From contig PBMF01000015.1 in assembly GCA_002721995.1 (NCBI GenBank), positions 7,141-65,374 on the forward strand: a DNA stretch of 58,234 bases, given 5' to 3'. The stretch is from Chloroflexota bacterium. Lineage in GTDB: Bacteria > Chloroflexota > Dehalococcoidia > Lucifugimonadales > UBA3495. Below are positions 38,288-47,660 of this stretch, piece after piece; position 1 is the stretch's first letter; each line of letters begins with the position of its first letter. The notes below the pieces were generated by a model. The model ran no database searches. It worked only from the letters and a program-made list of their open reading frames with translations, and was not told the DNA's origin. A program made the translations under genes and the position numbers.

Positions 38288-39457
38288 TTACCAGCCCGAC
38301 GCGTTGGGCGTCAGCCCCATCAGCGCCTGGCCGCCGTACTCGAAGTTGGAGTGCAGGCCCGAGATGTGCTGTCCGGTGGTGTGGATGTCGCGAAAGATGA
38401 GCTCCAGGCGGTTGCCCTCGTGTATGGCGTTGGTGCCGGCCGCGTAGAACAGCATGTCCACAGCCCGGATGGCCTCGCGGATGGCGTGGGTGATGGCCAG
38501 CCTGCCCTGTAACACCAGCGGGCTGATGTCCTCCCGCCCGGCGCAGGAGGCGTCCCAGACGCGGCCCACGGCGTCCAATAGGTAAGCCCGCGCCCCGCTG
38601 ATGATGGCTTCCGCCTCGCCCACCGTGGTCTGGATGGGAGCGCGGTCGCGCAGCAATATCGGAGTGGCGGTGGAGCCGGAACCGGTGGCCATCTCCACAA
38701 ACAGGTCCATGGCGCCCCGGGCCATCCCCAATGCAGTGCCGGCCACCAATGTCCAGCTTGTCATGGTCACCGAACGGGGGTTGTAGTGGGGGCCTTCGGT
38801 GGCCGAGGGTTCGTAGAGCAGGCAGGTATGCTCCTGGGGTACGAACTCTTCCTCGATCACCACATCGTTGCTGCCGGTGCCCCGCATCCCAAGGGTGTGC
38901 CAGGTCTTCTCAACGGTGCCGGCGGATGCCGGAACAATCATCATCCTGGTTACGGGCAGGCCCTGTTCGTCTTTCAGCGGCCCGTTTTTGGCATGGATGT
39001 TGCAGTTCAGGACTAGCCAGTTGGCGTGGTCCACGCCGCTCACGTAGTTCCAGCGCCCGCCGATGTTATAACCGCCGTCCACCTGCACCGCGTTGGCCGT
39101 CGGGCGGAAGGAACCGGCGACGCGCAGGTCCAAAGGCTGGCCGAACATCTTGAGCCCCACATCGACAGGGACCCAGGCCGAATATATGGAGATGGCGCTG
39201 GCCACGAAGGAACACCAGCTGACCGACCCGTCGGCCTTGGAGAGCTCCTCCACAGCTTCAAACCCCGTGATGGGGTCCGTCTCCGGGCCGCCCAGCGTCT
39301 TGGGTGTGTAAAGCTGGAACAGGCCTGCTTCGGCCATGGCCTCCACCAAGGAGTCCGGCAGTGTGCACCGGGACTGTATCTCATCGCTGGCGGCGCGAAT
39401 CTGGGGGGCCAATGCCTTGGCGGCGGCCACTGGGTCGTGGGTCTTGGTGCTGGCCAT
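38288..39457 (-). CDS. Acyl-CoA dehydrogenase-like flavin-dependent monooxygenase (HsaA/indole oxygenase type)
   Basis: AGLFQLYTPKTLGG, ADGSVSW, GRWNYVSGVDHANW, WHTLGMRGTGSNDV, FRDIHT..QH; start ATG 39457. Confidence 0.88.
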   Translation of the reverse strand: MASTKTHDPVAAAKALAPQIRAASDEIQSRCTLPDSLVEAMAEAGLFQLYTPKTLGGPETDPITGFEAVEELSKADGSVSWCSFVASAISIYSAWVPVDVGLKMFGQPLDLRVAGSFRPTANAVQVDGGYNIGGRWNYVSGVDHANWLVLNCNIHAKNGPLKDEQGLPVTRMMIVPASAGTVEKTWHTLGMRGTGSNDVVIEEEFVPQEHTCLLYEPSATEGPHYNPRSVTMTSWTLVAGTALGMARGAMDLFVEMATGSGSTATPILLRDRAPIQTTVGEAEAIISGARAYLLDAVGRVWDASCAGREDISPLVLQGRLAITHAIREAIRAVDMLFYAAGTNAIHEGNRLELIFRDIHTTGQHISGLHSNFEYGGQALMGLTPNASGW

Positions 39458-39519
39458 TAGCTCTCTCCATTGGGCGGCTGCTCCGGCCACCCGAGAAGTC
39501 GGCTAATTGTAACCAGCAT

Positions 39520-40148
39520 TCAGCCCGATTGCGAGGTACCCTTCCGTTTTAGCTCCGAGCGCACCAGCGCGACAGCGGCGGAAATGAATCGCAGAGCAAA
39601 TTCCAGGGCGATGGTGAAGCAGAGGTAGTAGAGTATGGCTTCCCGGTTGTCGTCCGCCTGCTTCAAGACGTCGAAGGACTCGGATGTCTTGAAGAAGGAC
39701 ACGTTGATGATGAAGATACCGAGCACTGCGAAGGGCAATATCTTGGCCAGGTCCCGGGAGAGGTCTTCGGTTATGTAGGCGCTGATGCGGATGGTCCCCA
39801 CCACCGCCATTGCCACCAGGAGTATGTCGGAGAATGGCCGGTTGGGTGCCAGGAAGGACAGCAGCACGGTGATGGCGGCGAACCAGAAGAAGGCCACTAT
39901 GGGAAATACGAACAGGTACTTGGCCTCGTAGAGCACGCTGTGGAGGAAGACCCGGACCGCCCGAAACCGGGCTTTTCGTATTTGGACAAGTCGAATACGA
40001 ATACGTCCTTGGAACTGACGAACTGGTAGAACTTGAAGATAAAGACGGCATATACCGACATTCCCAGGATGTAGATGATCACCGGTTGTAAGAGGTCGTA
40101 GGCTTTGGTGATGTCCAAACCCTCGGGAAAAACATCGTTTATGTCCAT
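39520..40148 (-). pseudogene. Multi-pass membrane protein split by a 1-nt frameshift near 39970
   Basis: ORF 39897-40148 (..FKFYQFVSSKDVFVFDLSKYEK) joins the frame of 39520-39936 (RFRAVRVFLHSVLYEAKYLFVFP..); span 629 nt = 3n-1. Confidence 0.7.
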
Positions 40149-40294
40149 AACTCCCCCTCTGCCCTCTGTCCGGATAGTCCGGCTATTGGGGCATATCCTG
40201 ATATGGCCGGTGGGGAATATTCCAGGCTGAACACGGGGGCTTTTGGGGCAGACTGAGTGTCGGGAGGGCGGTGAGGAAGCCGTGATCGGGGCGT

Positions 40295-41014
40295 TCAGCT
40301 GTCCATGGCCAAAACCAGGCCCCAGACGCTTTCGGCCCCGGCATCTTTCAGAGTTTCGGCACAGGCGAAGAGGGTGCTGCCGGTGGTGGTTACGTCGTCC
40401 ACCAGGATCACCGACGTGCCCCGGGCTTCCGGCGACGCCTGAAATATGCCGGCCACGTTCGCCCGGCGTTCTTCACTGGAGGTGGATTCCACCTGGGGCG
40501 GTGAATCCTTCGTCCGTACCAACAGGTCCTGACGCACGGGTATATCAAGCATCTTGCCCGTTTCCTTGGCCAACAGGTGGGACTGGTTGTAGCCCCGGCC
40601 GCGAAGGCGACGTGGATGAAGGGGGACCGGGACCAGCGCCTGGCCGGGAATCTTGCGGTCCTCCAGATAGTCAGCCATCAGGCCGCCCAAAACCGGGGCG
40701 GCGGCCTTCCATCCTCTATATTTCAGCCGGTGTACGGCCTCTCTAAGGGGACCGTCGAACAGATAGGGGGCGCGTATTCCGTCAATCTCGTTGGGGTGTT
40801 CCAGGCATGGCTCGCATTGGCCGTCGATGCCGGGTTGGGCGCAGATATCGCAGTAAGGCCGCTCCAACCGAGGTAGGTTACCGGCGCATTGGACGCAGAT
40901 GACGGAACCTTCTTTTCCGCATCCTAGACAGTTGATCGGAAACAACAAGTCCAGGGCCGCGCGGGCCGTGTCTTTGACGGCGGCCCGTATCCTCGAAGAG
41001 GCTAGCTCAGGCAC
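40295..41014 (-). CDS. comF: ComF family protein (double zinc ribbon + PRTase)
   Basis: LDLLFP..CLGC..CVQC..CDIC..CEPC, PVPLHPRR..RGYNQS, ILVDDVTTTGST. Confidence 0.92.
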   Translation of the reverse strand: MPELASSRIRAAVKDTARAALDLLFPINCLGCGKEGSVICVQCAGNLPRLERPYCDICAQPGIDGQCEPCLEHPNEIDGIRAPYLFDGPLREAVHRLKYRGWKAAAPVLGGLMADYLEDRKIPGQALVPVPLHPRRLRGRGYNQSHLLAKETGKMLDIPVRQDLLVRTKDSPPQVESTSSEERRANVAGIFQASPEARGTSVILVDDVTTTGSTLFACAETLKDAGAESVWGLVLAMDS

Positions 41015-41221
41015 GAATCGCGCCTGTTTTGGATGAATGAACGGTCACTACTGCAAGCAGTCTGCTTGAAGAATCGAGTTTTCATAACGAGGCTTGACCG
41101 GAGCACGGAGGCTGATTAACATAATCATATAGGCTGAATTGAAAACTCTCCTATCTCCCAACGCTCCACTTGGACGATCCTTCCGAGTGGAGCAATTTTT
41201 TTGCCAGGTTTCGTCGCTGTT

Positions 41222-41713
41222 CTAGCCCAAGCCGTTCTGCCAGCGCCCCAAAATGTCCCGGTCCCGGGGAAATGCCAGTTCGGGCAGTTGGTCCACGCTG
41301 AAGTAACCAACCTCCAAGGCTTCCGGCCCGGCCTTTAGAGTGCCTCCCGTCTCACGGGCGGTGTAGGCGGCCACCATCACTGGGTTGCCCGACTCGGAAT
41401 ACAGGCCCAAAAGCTCCCCCACTTCCACTTCCAAACCCGTTTCCTCCCATACCTCGCGGGCGGCGGCGCCTTCGACGACTTCGCCCCGGTCCACGTAGCC
41501 GCCGGGCAGACCCCACAGACCATAGCCGACATCGGTGCCCCGGCGGATCATGAGGACTTTCCCCTCCCTGGGGACGATGCATATGACCGCCACCTTGGGG
41601 TCGTAAAACACGATGCGGTTGCAGCTTGAACATACTGGACGCTCCCGGCCGAAGACCTCCTTGACCTCCAGAGCGGCGGCGCACGCTGGGCAGAATCTGT
41701 CCTGTTGGGTCAA
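41222..41713 (-). CDS. NUDIX hydrolase with N-terminal zinc ribbon
   Basis: FCPAC..CSSC..YDPK, Nudix box GGYVDRGEVVEGAAAREVWEETGL. Confidence 0.92.
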   Translation of the reverse strand: MTQQDRFCPACAAALEVKEVFGRERPVCSSCNRIVFYDPKVAVICIVPREGKVLMIRRGTDVGYGLWGLPGGYVDRGEVVEGAAAREVWEETGLEVEVGELLGLYSESGNPVMVAAYTARETGGTLKAGPEALEVGYFSVDQLPELAFPRDRDILGRWQNGLG

Positions 41714-42427
41714 AACTCTCCTGTGGCTGGCAGGGGGTTGGGTTTTCTGGGGCCGAGCCCTGCTGATTATAATATCCCGTGGTCCAGCCGCCTCGGCCTT
41801 GGTGTCAGCGCCGGAATCCGCAGTAATTCGGCTGGAGGAGACCGGAAGATTCAGAGAATCCTAAACCATAGGTCCTATACAGCCGGACTATTGTTGTCCC
41901 TAACCGCGGCGGTGGCCGTGGTGATCATGATGGCCGTCCTGGGAGAGTACACCAAGACCAGGGGCAGAATGCTCCTAACAGCCCTGGTGTTGGCGGCCTA
42001 CTTCTTCGTCACCCTGGGGCCCATCACCCTGGCCAAGAACCGGATGGTGCCCGCCATGGCCTGGCTGGCCTACCTGTTCGGTGGCGCGGCTCTCGTACTG
42101 ATACTCACGGGCACCTGGGGGACACCCAACTCCGACGCCTTCTGGAAGAGCACCGCCATCGTCACGGCCCTAGGTCTGGGGCTTGCCTACTTCGCCGTCG
42201 TGGACTACGTGCAGGGAGGCGTCACCCGCAACCACGGGAATGTCACATTGGCGGTGGCACTGGCTTTGGTGGCGGTCGGAATCGCCGCCGGAATCAATTG
42301 GCCGCCCTATTGGTGGGTCTTCACCGTCTTCGTGATCTGGTGGCTTGCGGCCGTCTTCATCCCACCGGTCCTGCTGCTGGCAAGAAGGGTTCAGGGACGC
42401 TGGTCCCGCACCAACGCCTCGACCTGA
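41705..42427 (+). CDS. Hypothetical membrane protein (true start probably downstream of 41705)
   Basis: About six hydrophobic segments from ~41880 onward. Confidence 0.6.
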   Translation: MGQNSPVAGRGLGFLGPSPADYNIPWSSRLGLGVSAGIRSNSAGGDRKIQRILNHRSYTAGLLLSLTAAVAVVIMMAVLGEYTKTRGRMLLTALVLAAYFFVTLGPITLAKNRMVPAMAWLAYLFGGAALVLILTGTWGTPNSDAFWKSTAIVTALGLGLAYFAVVDYVQGGVTRNHGNVTLAVALALVAVGIAAGINWPPYWWVFTVFVIWWLAAVFIPPVLLLARRVQGRWSRTNAST

Positions 42428-43326
42428 GCGCGCCGGGGCATGGAGTCCTGGGCCCCCGACTGGGTCACGGCCAAGGCCCCGGCGGCGGAGGCAAACGTCA
42501 CCGCCCGTTCGAGGGCCGCTCCCTCGGCCAAAGAGACGGCCAACGCGCCGTTGAAGGCATCTCCCGCCGCCACCGAGTCCACGGCTTCAATGTCGAAGGG
42601 CCGCACCATGCCTCGTTCCTCGCTGTTGGCGTAGTAGGCGCCCTGGGCGCCCAGCTTCACCACCACCAGGCCCACTCCCCGCTCCAACAACTGGGAAGCC
42701 GCCTGGGCTGCGGACTCTTCATCAGTGACCGGGAACCCCACCAGGGCCTGGGCCTCGGTCTCATTGGGCGTGATCACATCGCAGAGGGCGAAGGATTCAT
42801 CGGGTACCGGCCGCACCGGCCCCGGGTCCAGCATGACCTCGACTCCCTGGGCTTTCGCCGCCCGGGCAACCTCCAGGGAAAGCTGGATGGAGACCTCCAG
42901 TTGCAGCAGCAAGAAGGATGCGCCGGACAGGGCGTTCTTGACGGCCTGGGCTTCCGCTGGGCCGCAGGTATCATTGGCCCCCAGCACCTGGGTGATGCAG
43001 TTCTGGGCGGTGTCATCGACTCCGATGACAGCTATGCCTGAGCTCACTTCTTGGTTCGTGCCCACGCCGGAAACATCCACCCCCGCCGCCGTCATGCCCT
43101 CCAGCAGTTGGGGGCCGAACATGTCGCCGCCGACGCGCCCCACCATCTTGGAGTCGGCGCCCATCCGTGCCACGGCGACTGCCTGGTTGGCGCCCTTGCC
43201 GCCGGCGTAGGTGATGAAGCTGCTGCCCACCACGGTCTCGCCGGGTTGGGGAAACCGGGGCGAATAGGTCACCAGGTCCATGTTGATGCCGCCCAGGACG
43301 ACTATTTTCGTCTGCTGTTGGGCCAT
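42391..43326 (-). CDS. rbsK: Ribokinase (PfkB family)
   Basis: GGINMDL, GGKGANQAVA, PNETEA, DSVAAGDAFNG. Confidence 0.9.
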   Translation of the reverse strand: MAQQQTKIVVLGGINMDLVTYSPRFPQPGETVVGSSFITYAGGKGANQAVAVARMGADSKMVGRVGGDMFGPQLLEGMTAAGVDVSGVGTNQEVSSGIAVIGVDDTAQNCITQVLGANDTCGPAEAQAVKNALSGASFLLLQLEVSIQLSLEVARAAKAQGVEVMLDPGPVRPVPDESFALCDVITPNETEAQALVGFPVTDEESAAQAASQLLERGVGLVVVKLGAQGAYYANSEERGMVRPFDIEAVDSVAAGDAFNGALAVSLAEGAALERAVTFASAAGALAVTQSGAQDSMPRRAQVEALVRDQRP

Positions 43327-43441
43327 ATCACGCTCGAATCCGGCTCTCGGCGGCTAACACGCTAGCACCGGGGCCGGCGGTTGGCAATCACTGGCGGTAC
43401 TTGTCCCGTATCACTCTTGGCGGTTATCCTAGATTGGAACC

Positions 43442-44161
43442 ATGCCTTCGAAAAAGCTCCGGCTGATACATACTTCCGATACCCATCTGGGAGACTCAAC
43501 CGGCCATCCCCAGTCCACCGACGCGCTGACTTCGGTGGTGGATGCGGTGACCGCCAACAAGGGCGACATGCTCCTTTTGGTGGGCGACGTATTCGACAAC
43601 GAACGCGTTTCCGACGAAGTGTTGGAGTGGTTCTGCCAACAGATCGGCCGCACCCAGGCCCCGGCGGTGGTGCTGCCCGGGAACCACGACCTCATCCACG
43701 AGACCTCGGTCTATCACCGCGAGCCCTTCAAGAACGCCCCGGACAACCTCTTCGTCTTCAAAGGGACCGAGGGTGAATTGCTTTCCTTCCCCGGCCTGGG
43801 GATTGACCTTTGGGGGCGGGCCATGCCCATGCACACCCCGCAATTCCGGCCGTTGGAGGGCATGCCCTCACCCGCTGAGAACAACTGGCTGGTGGCCCTG
43901 GCCCACGGCCATTTCCACTTCGCCGAGGACAAAGACGTTAGGTCGTCGCCCATCTTCCCCAACGAGGTTGCCGAAGCTGGCTGCCACTACCTGGCCCTGG
44001 GCCACTGGGACCGCCACGTTGACGTATCCCAGGGCGACACCACCGCCGTCTATTCCGGCTGTCCCTTGGGCCCCATCGGCAGTCCCGGAGCTGGCGAGGT
44101 GACCGTGGTGGACCTGGACCCCGCCGCCGGTGTGTCCTACCGCCAGGTGGCGATCAACTAG
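43442..44161 (+). CDS. Mre11/SbcD-like calcineurin-family metallophosphoesterase
   Basis: HTSDTHLG, GDVFD, PGNHD, AHGH, YLALGHWD, YSG. Confidence 0.85.
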   Translation: MPSKKLRLIHTSDTHLGDSTGHPQSTDALTSVVDAVTANKGDMLLLVGDVFDNERVSDEVLEWFCQQIGRTQAPAVVLPGNHDLIHETSVYHREPFKNAPDNLFVFKGTEGELLSFPGLGIDLWGRAMPMHTPQFRPLEGMPSPAENNWLVALAHGHFHFAEDKDVRSSPIFPNEVAEAGCHYLALGHWDRHVDVSQGDTTAVYSGCPLGPIGSPGAGEVTVVDLDPAAGVSYRQVAIN

Positions 44162-44164
44162 CAC

Positions 44165-45685
44165 TTAGGCGAAGAAGTCGGCGGCGCGCTCCCCAATCAT
44201 GATGGCTGTGGCGTTGGTGTTGGCCCTGGGGATCTCCGGCATCACCGACGCGTCGATCACCCGCAGATTCTCCACACCGTAGACCTCGCATCTCTGGTTG
44301 ACCACCGCCATCGGGTCGGACTCGGGCCCCATCTTGCACGTCTTGCAGGTGTGGCCGGCGATGGACAGGGTGCCCGCGATCCACTGGTCCAACAACTCGT
44401 CCGAGGCTATCTGTTCGTCGGTGGGCGCGATGCGGCTTTGGATCACCGAGGCAAAACCGGGGTCTTCGAATATCCTGACCGTCTCCCTGACCGCCTCCCG
44501 CAGCCGGTCCCTGTCCGACGGGTCGGTCAAGAACCGGTAGTCCAGTTTGGGTTGCACGCCAGGGTCGTTGGCGGTGAGGGTCAGTTCCCCGGCGCCCTCG
44601 GGATACTCCAGGCGACAGCCCACCCGTATCTCGTCGGTCATGTGGCCCAGGGGGCCGGAGGTGATGGGCTGCACCTGGATGTCGTTCTTGAAGGACGACC
44701 CCTTGGCGCGGAAGCGCAGGCCCACCTGGTTCCTGGGAGAGTCCTCTGCCAGGGAATAGCCCTCCACCGGCTGGAACCGCAGGGACACCGCCGGGTGGTT
44801 CTTCATGTTCTGGCCCACGCCCGGCGAGTCGTGTAGCACCGGGATGCCCATCTGTTCCAGGTGTTCTTTGGGGCCGATTCCAGAGAGCATGAGCAGTTGG
44901 GGTGAGGCGATGGCGCCGGCGCTGAGGACGACCGTCTCGCCCTCGAGTTGGAACAGCTCGCCACCGCTTTCCACCTGTACGCCCACCGCGTTATTCCCCT
45001 GGAATACCACCTTGTGGACCGTCACGTTGGGCCTGATGGTCAGGTTGAGGCGGTTCCTGACGGGGTTGATGTAGCCGATGGCGGTGCTGACCCGAATGCC
45101 TTCCACGTAGTTCAAAGGGATGGCGCCCACACCCTCGCCGTCGGGGTTGTTCATGTCCGGGTCGTCGCGGTAGCCGGCGGCCAGGCAGGCGGCGTGGAAG
45201 GCCCGGTGTAGGGGCAGCCAGTCCTCTTGCTTGTGCCGGTTGATGGTGATGGGGCCCTCGGCCCCGTGGAAATCACCGGCCATGTCCAGGTCGGTCTCCA
45301 GCTTGCGGAAGTAGGGCAGCACCTTGGTATAGGTCCACTCGTCGTTGCCCAGCTCGGCCCAGAAGTCGAAATCGCCGGGCATGGCCCGGAGGAATATCTG
45401 GTGGTTGATGGCGCTGGTGCCGCCGAACACCTTTCCCCGGGCCACGGCGGCGCTGCGGCTGCCCTGGGCGTCGGTGGTGCCGGTGAACGACCAGTTGTGG
45501 GGGGCGTCGTCCTCGGAGGCCCGCTGGTTCAGGTCGTGCTTCACATCGTGGGGCATCAGGTCCATGTCGGGGTAGTCGGGCCCGGCTTCCAGCAGCAGCA
45601 CCGAGCGGTTTGGGTCCTCGGACAGCCTGGCGGCCAGGACGCAGCCCGCCGAACCGGCGCCGACAATGATCACGTCGTATCTCAT
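44165..45685 (-). CDS. GMC family oxidoreductase (BetA/MftG-like)
   Basis: Start MRYDVIIVGAGSAG at 45685; RGKVFGGTSAIN, GAIASPQLLMLSGIG, LRVIDAS..NTN. Confidence 0.92.
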   Translation of the reverse strand: MRYDVIIVGAGSAGCVLAARLSEDPNRSVLLLEAGPDYPDMDLMPHDVKHDLNQRASEDDAPHNWSFTGTTDAQGSRSAAVARGKVFGGTSAINHQIFLRAMPGDFDFWAELGNDEWTYTKVLPYFRKLETDLDMAGDFHGAEGPITINRHKQEDWLPLHRAFHAACLAAGYRDDPDMNNPDGEGVGAIPLNYVEGIRVSTAIGYINPVRNRLNLTIRPNVTVHKVVFQGNNAVGVQVESGGELFQLEGETVVLSAGAIASPQLLMLSGIGPKEHLEQMGIPVLHDSPGVGQNMKNHPAVSLRFQPVEGYSLAEDSPRNQVGLRFRAKGSSFKNDIQVQPITSGPLGHMTDEIRVGCRLEYPEGAGELTLTANDPGVQPKLDYRFLTDPSDRDRLREAVRETVRIFEDPGFASVIQSRIAPTDEQIASDELLDQWIAGTLSIAGHTCKTCKMGPESDPMAVVNQRCEVYGVENLRVIDASVMPEIPRANTNATAIMIGERAADFFA

Positions 45686-45743
45686 AGCACCCTCCAGTAG
45701 CGGGAGCATTATAGCGTGGCTACCGTCATATGGAGCGGTGGTT

Positions 45744-45858
45744 TCCTTCCCCCGCTTGCGGGGGAGAGCTAGAGTGGGGGCTAATCCCACTCTGTGACCA
45801 TCCTCCAGAGTAAAGTCGGCCCTCATCCTAATCTTCCCCCACAGGTGAGGGAAGGGAC
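45744..45858. repeat. REP-like doublet, same family as 37501-37581
   Basis: TCCTTCCCCCGCTTGCGGGGGAGAGCTAGAGTGGGGG and CCCTCATCCTAATCTTCCCCC..GGGAAGGGA. Confidence 0.7.
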
Positions 45859-45937
45859 CTCTGGTTGGCATCCGAGGATGCCTCCCATGTCGGGAGGTAT
45901 TAGAATAGGCGGACTGAAAACTGGAGTGGGGAACAAC

Positions 45938-46891
45938 ATGTCAGCTATCAACACAGTCTTGGGGCCGGTGGATACCTCGGAGCTGGGATTCACCCTGAGC
46001 CACGAACACCTGGCCACCAACGCCGCCGGGATACTGCGCACCTTTCCGGAGCTCATCGACCGCGACGGGCAGATAGTCCAGGCCAAGGAAACGCTGAAGG
46101 AGGCCTACGACGAGGGACTGCGGACGATAATCGACGTCAGCACCATCGATCTGGGCCGTGACGTGGAAATGATGAAGGAGGTTTCCCAGGCCACCGGGGT
46201 GAAGATAGTCGCCGCCACCGGGAACCACCTGGCGGTGCCCCGGCCCTTCGAGGAATTGCCGCCCAGTGTCATAGCCGACTTATATGTCCGCGAGATCGAG
46301 GTGGGCATCGAGGGCACCGGAGTGAAGGCAGGAATCATCAAGGTGGCCAGCGACGCCGGCGGAGTGACTCCGGCCCAGGAGATAGTGCTGCGGGCGGCTG
46401 GCCAAGCTTCCAACCGCACCGGCACCCCCATTTCTACCCACACCTGGTCGCCGGACCGGGTGGGCGACCAGCAGGTGAGAATCCTCAAGGAAGAGGGCGT
46501 GGACCTGAACAGGGTCTACATCGGTCACAGCAACGACGACGCCAATATGGAGTACCTGTTGGGACTGATGGACGAGGGTGTGTGGATCGGGTTGGACCGG
46601 TTCCCCGGCGGACGTCGCGCCGGCACTCTGCTGTGGGAGGCCCGGACCCAGTTGGCCAAGGACCTGATGGACGCCGGCCGCACCGACCGGATCATGCTCT
46701 CCCACGACCACTCGGTGCCCAAGGCCCGCTACGGGGAGCAGGTGCAAAAGGAACGGTACGAGTACAATCCCGACGGCTACAACTTCATCACCCGCAATGT
46801 TCTGCCGCGATTGAAGGAGCTGGGAGCTTCCGATGCCGACATCAACCAGGTGATGGTGGAGAACCCACGCCGGTTCTTCGAGCAGAGCTAG
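45938..46891 (+). CDS. Phosphotriesterase-family protein
   Basis: Start MSAINTVLGP; TLSHEHL, DLGRD, AGIIKVA, ISTHT, YIGH, MLSHD, ENPRRF. Confidence 0.92.
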   Translation: MSAINTVLGPVDTSELGFTLSHEHLATNAAGILRTFPELIDRDGQIVQAKETLKEAYDEGLRTIIDVSTIDLGRDVEMMKEVSQATGVKIVAATGNHLAVPRPFEELPPSVIADLYVREIEVGIEGTGVKAGIIKVASDAGGVTPAQEIVLRAAGQASNRTGTPISTHTWSPDRVGDQQVRILKEEGVDLNRVYIGHSNDDANMEYLLGLMDEGVWIGLDRFPGGRRAGTLLWEARTQLAKDLMDAGRTDRIMLSHDHSVPKARYGEQVQKERYEYNPDGYNFITRNVLPRLKELGASDADINQVMVENPRRFFEQS

Positions 46892-47658
46892 GTTACGGAG
46901 TAACCGCCGTCCACCGTAAGGACGGCCCCCGTGACGTAGTCCGACGCGGCGCTAGCCAGGAACACGGCGGCGCCGCCCAGTTCCTCAGCCTCGCCCCAGC
47001 GGCCCGTGGGTATGCGGCGGCTGATGTTGTCGTGGCGCGCCGGGTCGGCTTCTTCGATGCCTCTGGTCAGGTCGGTTACGAACCAGCCGGGCAGCACGGC
47101 GTTCACCTGGATGTTGTCCTTGGCCCAGGCCACCGCCAGGCTCTTGGTCAGCTGCACGACCCCGCCCTTGCTGGCGGCGTAGGGGGCACCCCAGTCGCTG
47201 CCGAACAGGGAGTACATGGAGCCCACGTTGATGACCTTGCCCCCGCCGGCCTTGAGCATGTGGGGGTAGGCCTCCTTTGACGCCAGGAAGGCGGCCCGCA
47301 GGTTGACGTCCACCACCGAGTCCCACTGGGCGGCGGTCAGGTCCTGGGGCTGGGCTCGGACGGCGATGCCCGAGTTGTTCACCAGGATGTCCAACCGGCC
47401 CATGTGGTCCAGGGTGCTGGTCACCATGCGCTGGATGGCCGGTTCCTGGGTGACGTCTACCGTGATGCCATGGGCCTCCACGTCCAGGGCCCGTATCTCT
47501 TCCAGGGCCTGGGCCGTCTTCTCCACGCTGCGGGCGGCGACCACGATGTTGGCCCCGGCCCCGGCCAGTCCCAGGGCGATGCCCAGGCCCAGACCGCCGT
47601 TGCCGCCGGTGACCACGGCCACCTTGCCCGATAGGTCAAATTGTCGGGGAGCAGCCAT
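46888..47658 (-). CDS. Short-chain dehydrogenase/reductase (KduD/GluDH-like)
   Basis: TGGNGGLG, LDILVNNSG, YAASK, VDGG. Confidence 0.92.
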   Translation of the reverse strand: MAAPRQFDLSGKVAVVTGGNGGLGLGIALGLAGAGANIVVAARSVEKTAQALEEIRALDVEAHGITVDVTQEPAIQRMVTSTLDHMGRLDILVNNSGIAVRAQPQDLTAAQWDSVVDVNLRAAFLASKEAYPHMLKAGGGKVINVGSMYSLFGSDWGAPYAASKGGVVQLTKSLAVAWAKDNIQVNAVLPGWFVTDLTRGIEEADPARHDNISRRIPTGRWGEAEELGGAAVFLASAASDYVTGAVLTVDGGYSVT

Positions 47659-47660
47659 GC

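Noticed and set aside
41051-41128. Minus-strand 26-aa ORF (MIMLISLRAPVKP..) as a type I toxin opposite the candidate sRNA
   Set aside because: Not hydrophobic enough and the SD is too far upstream
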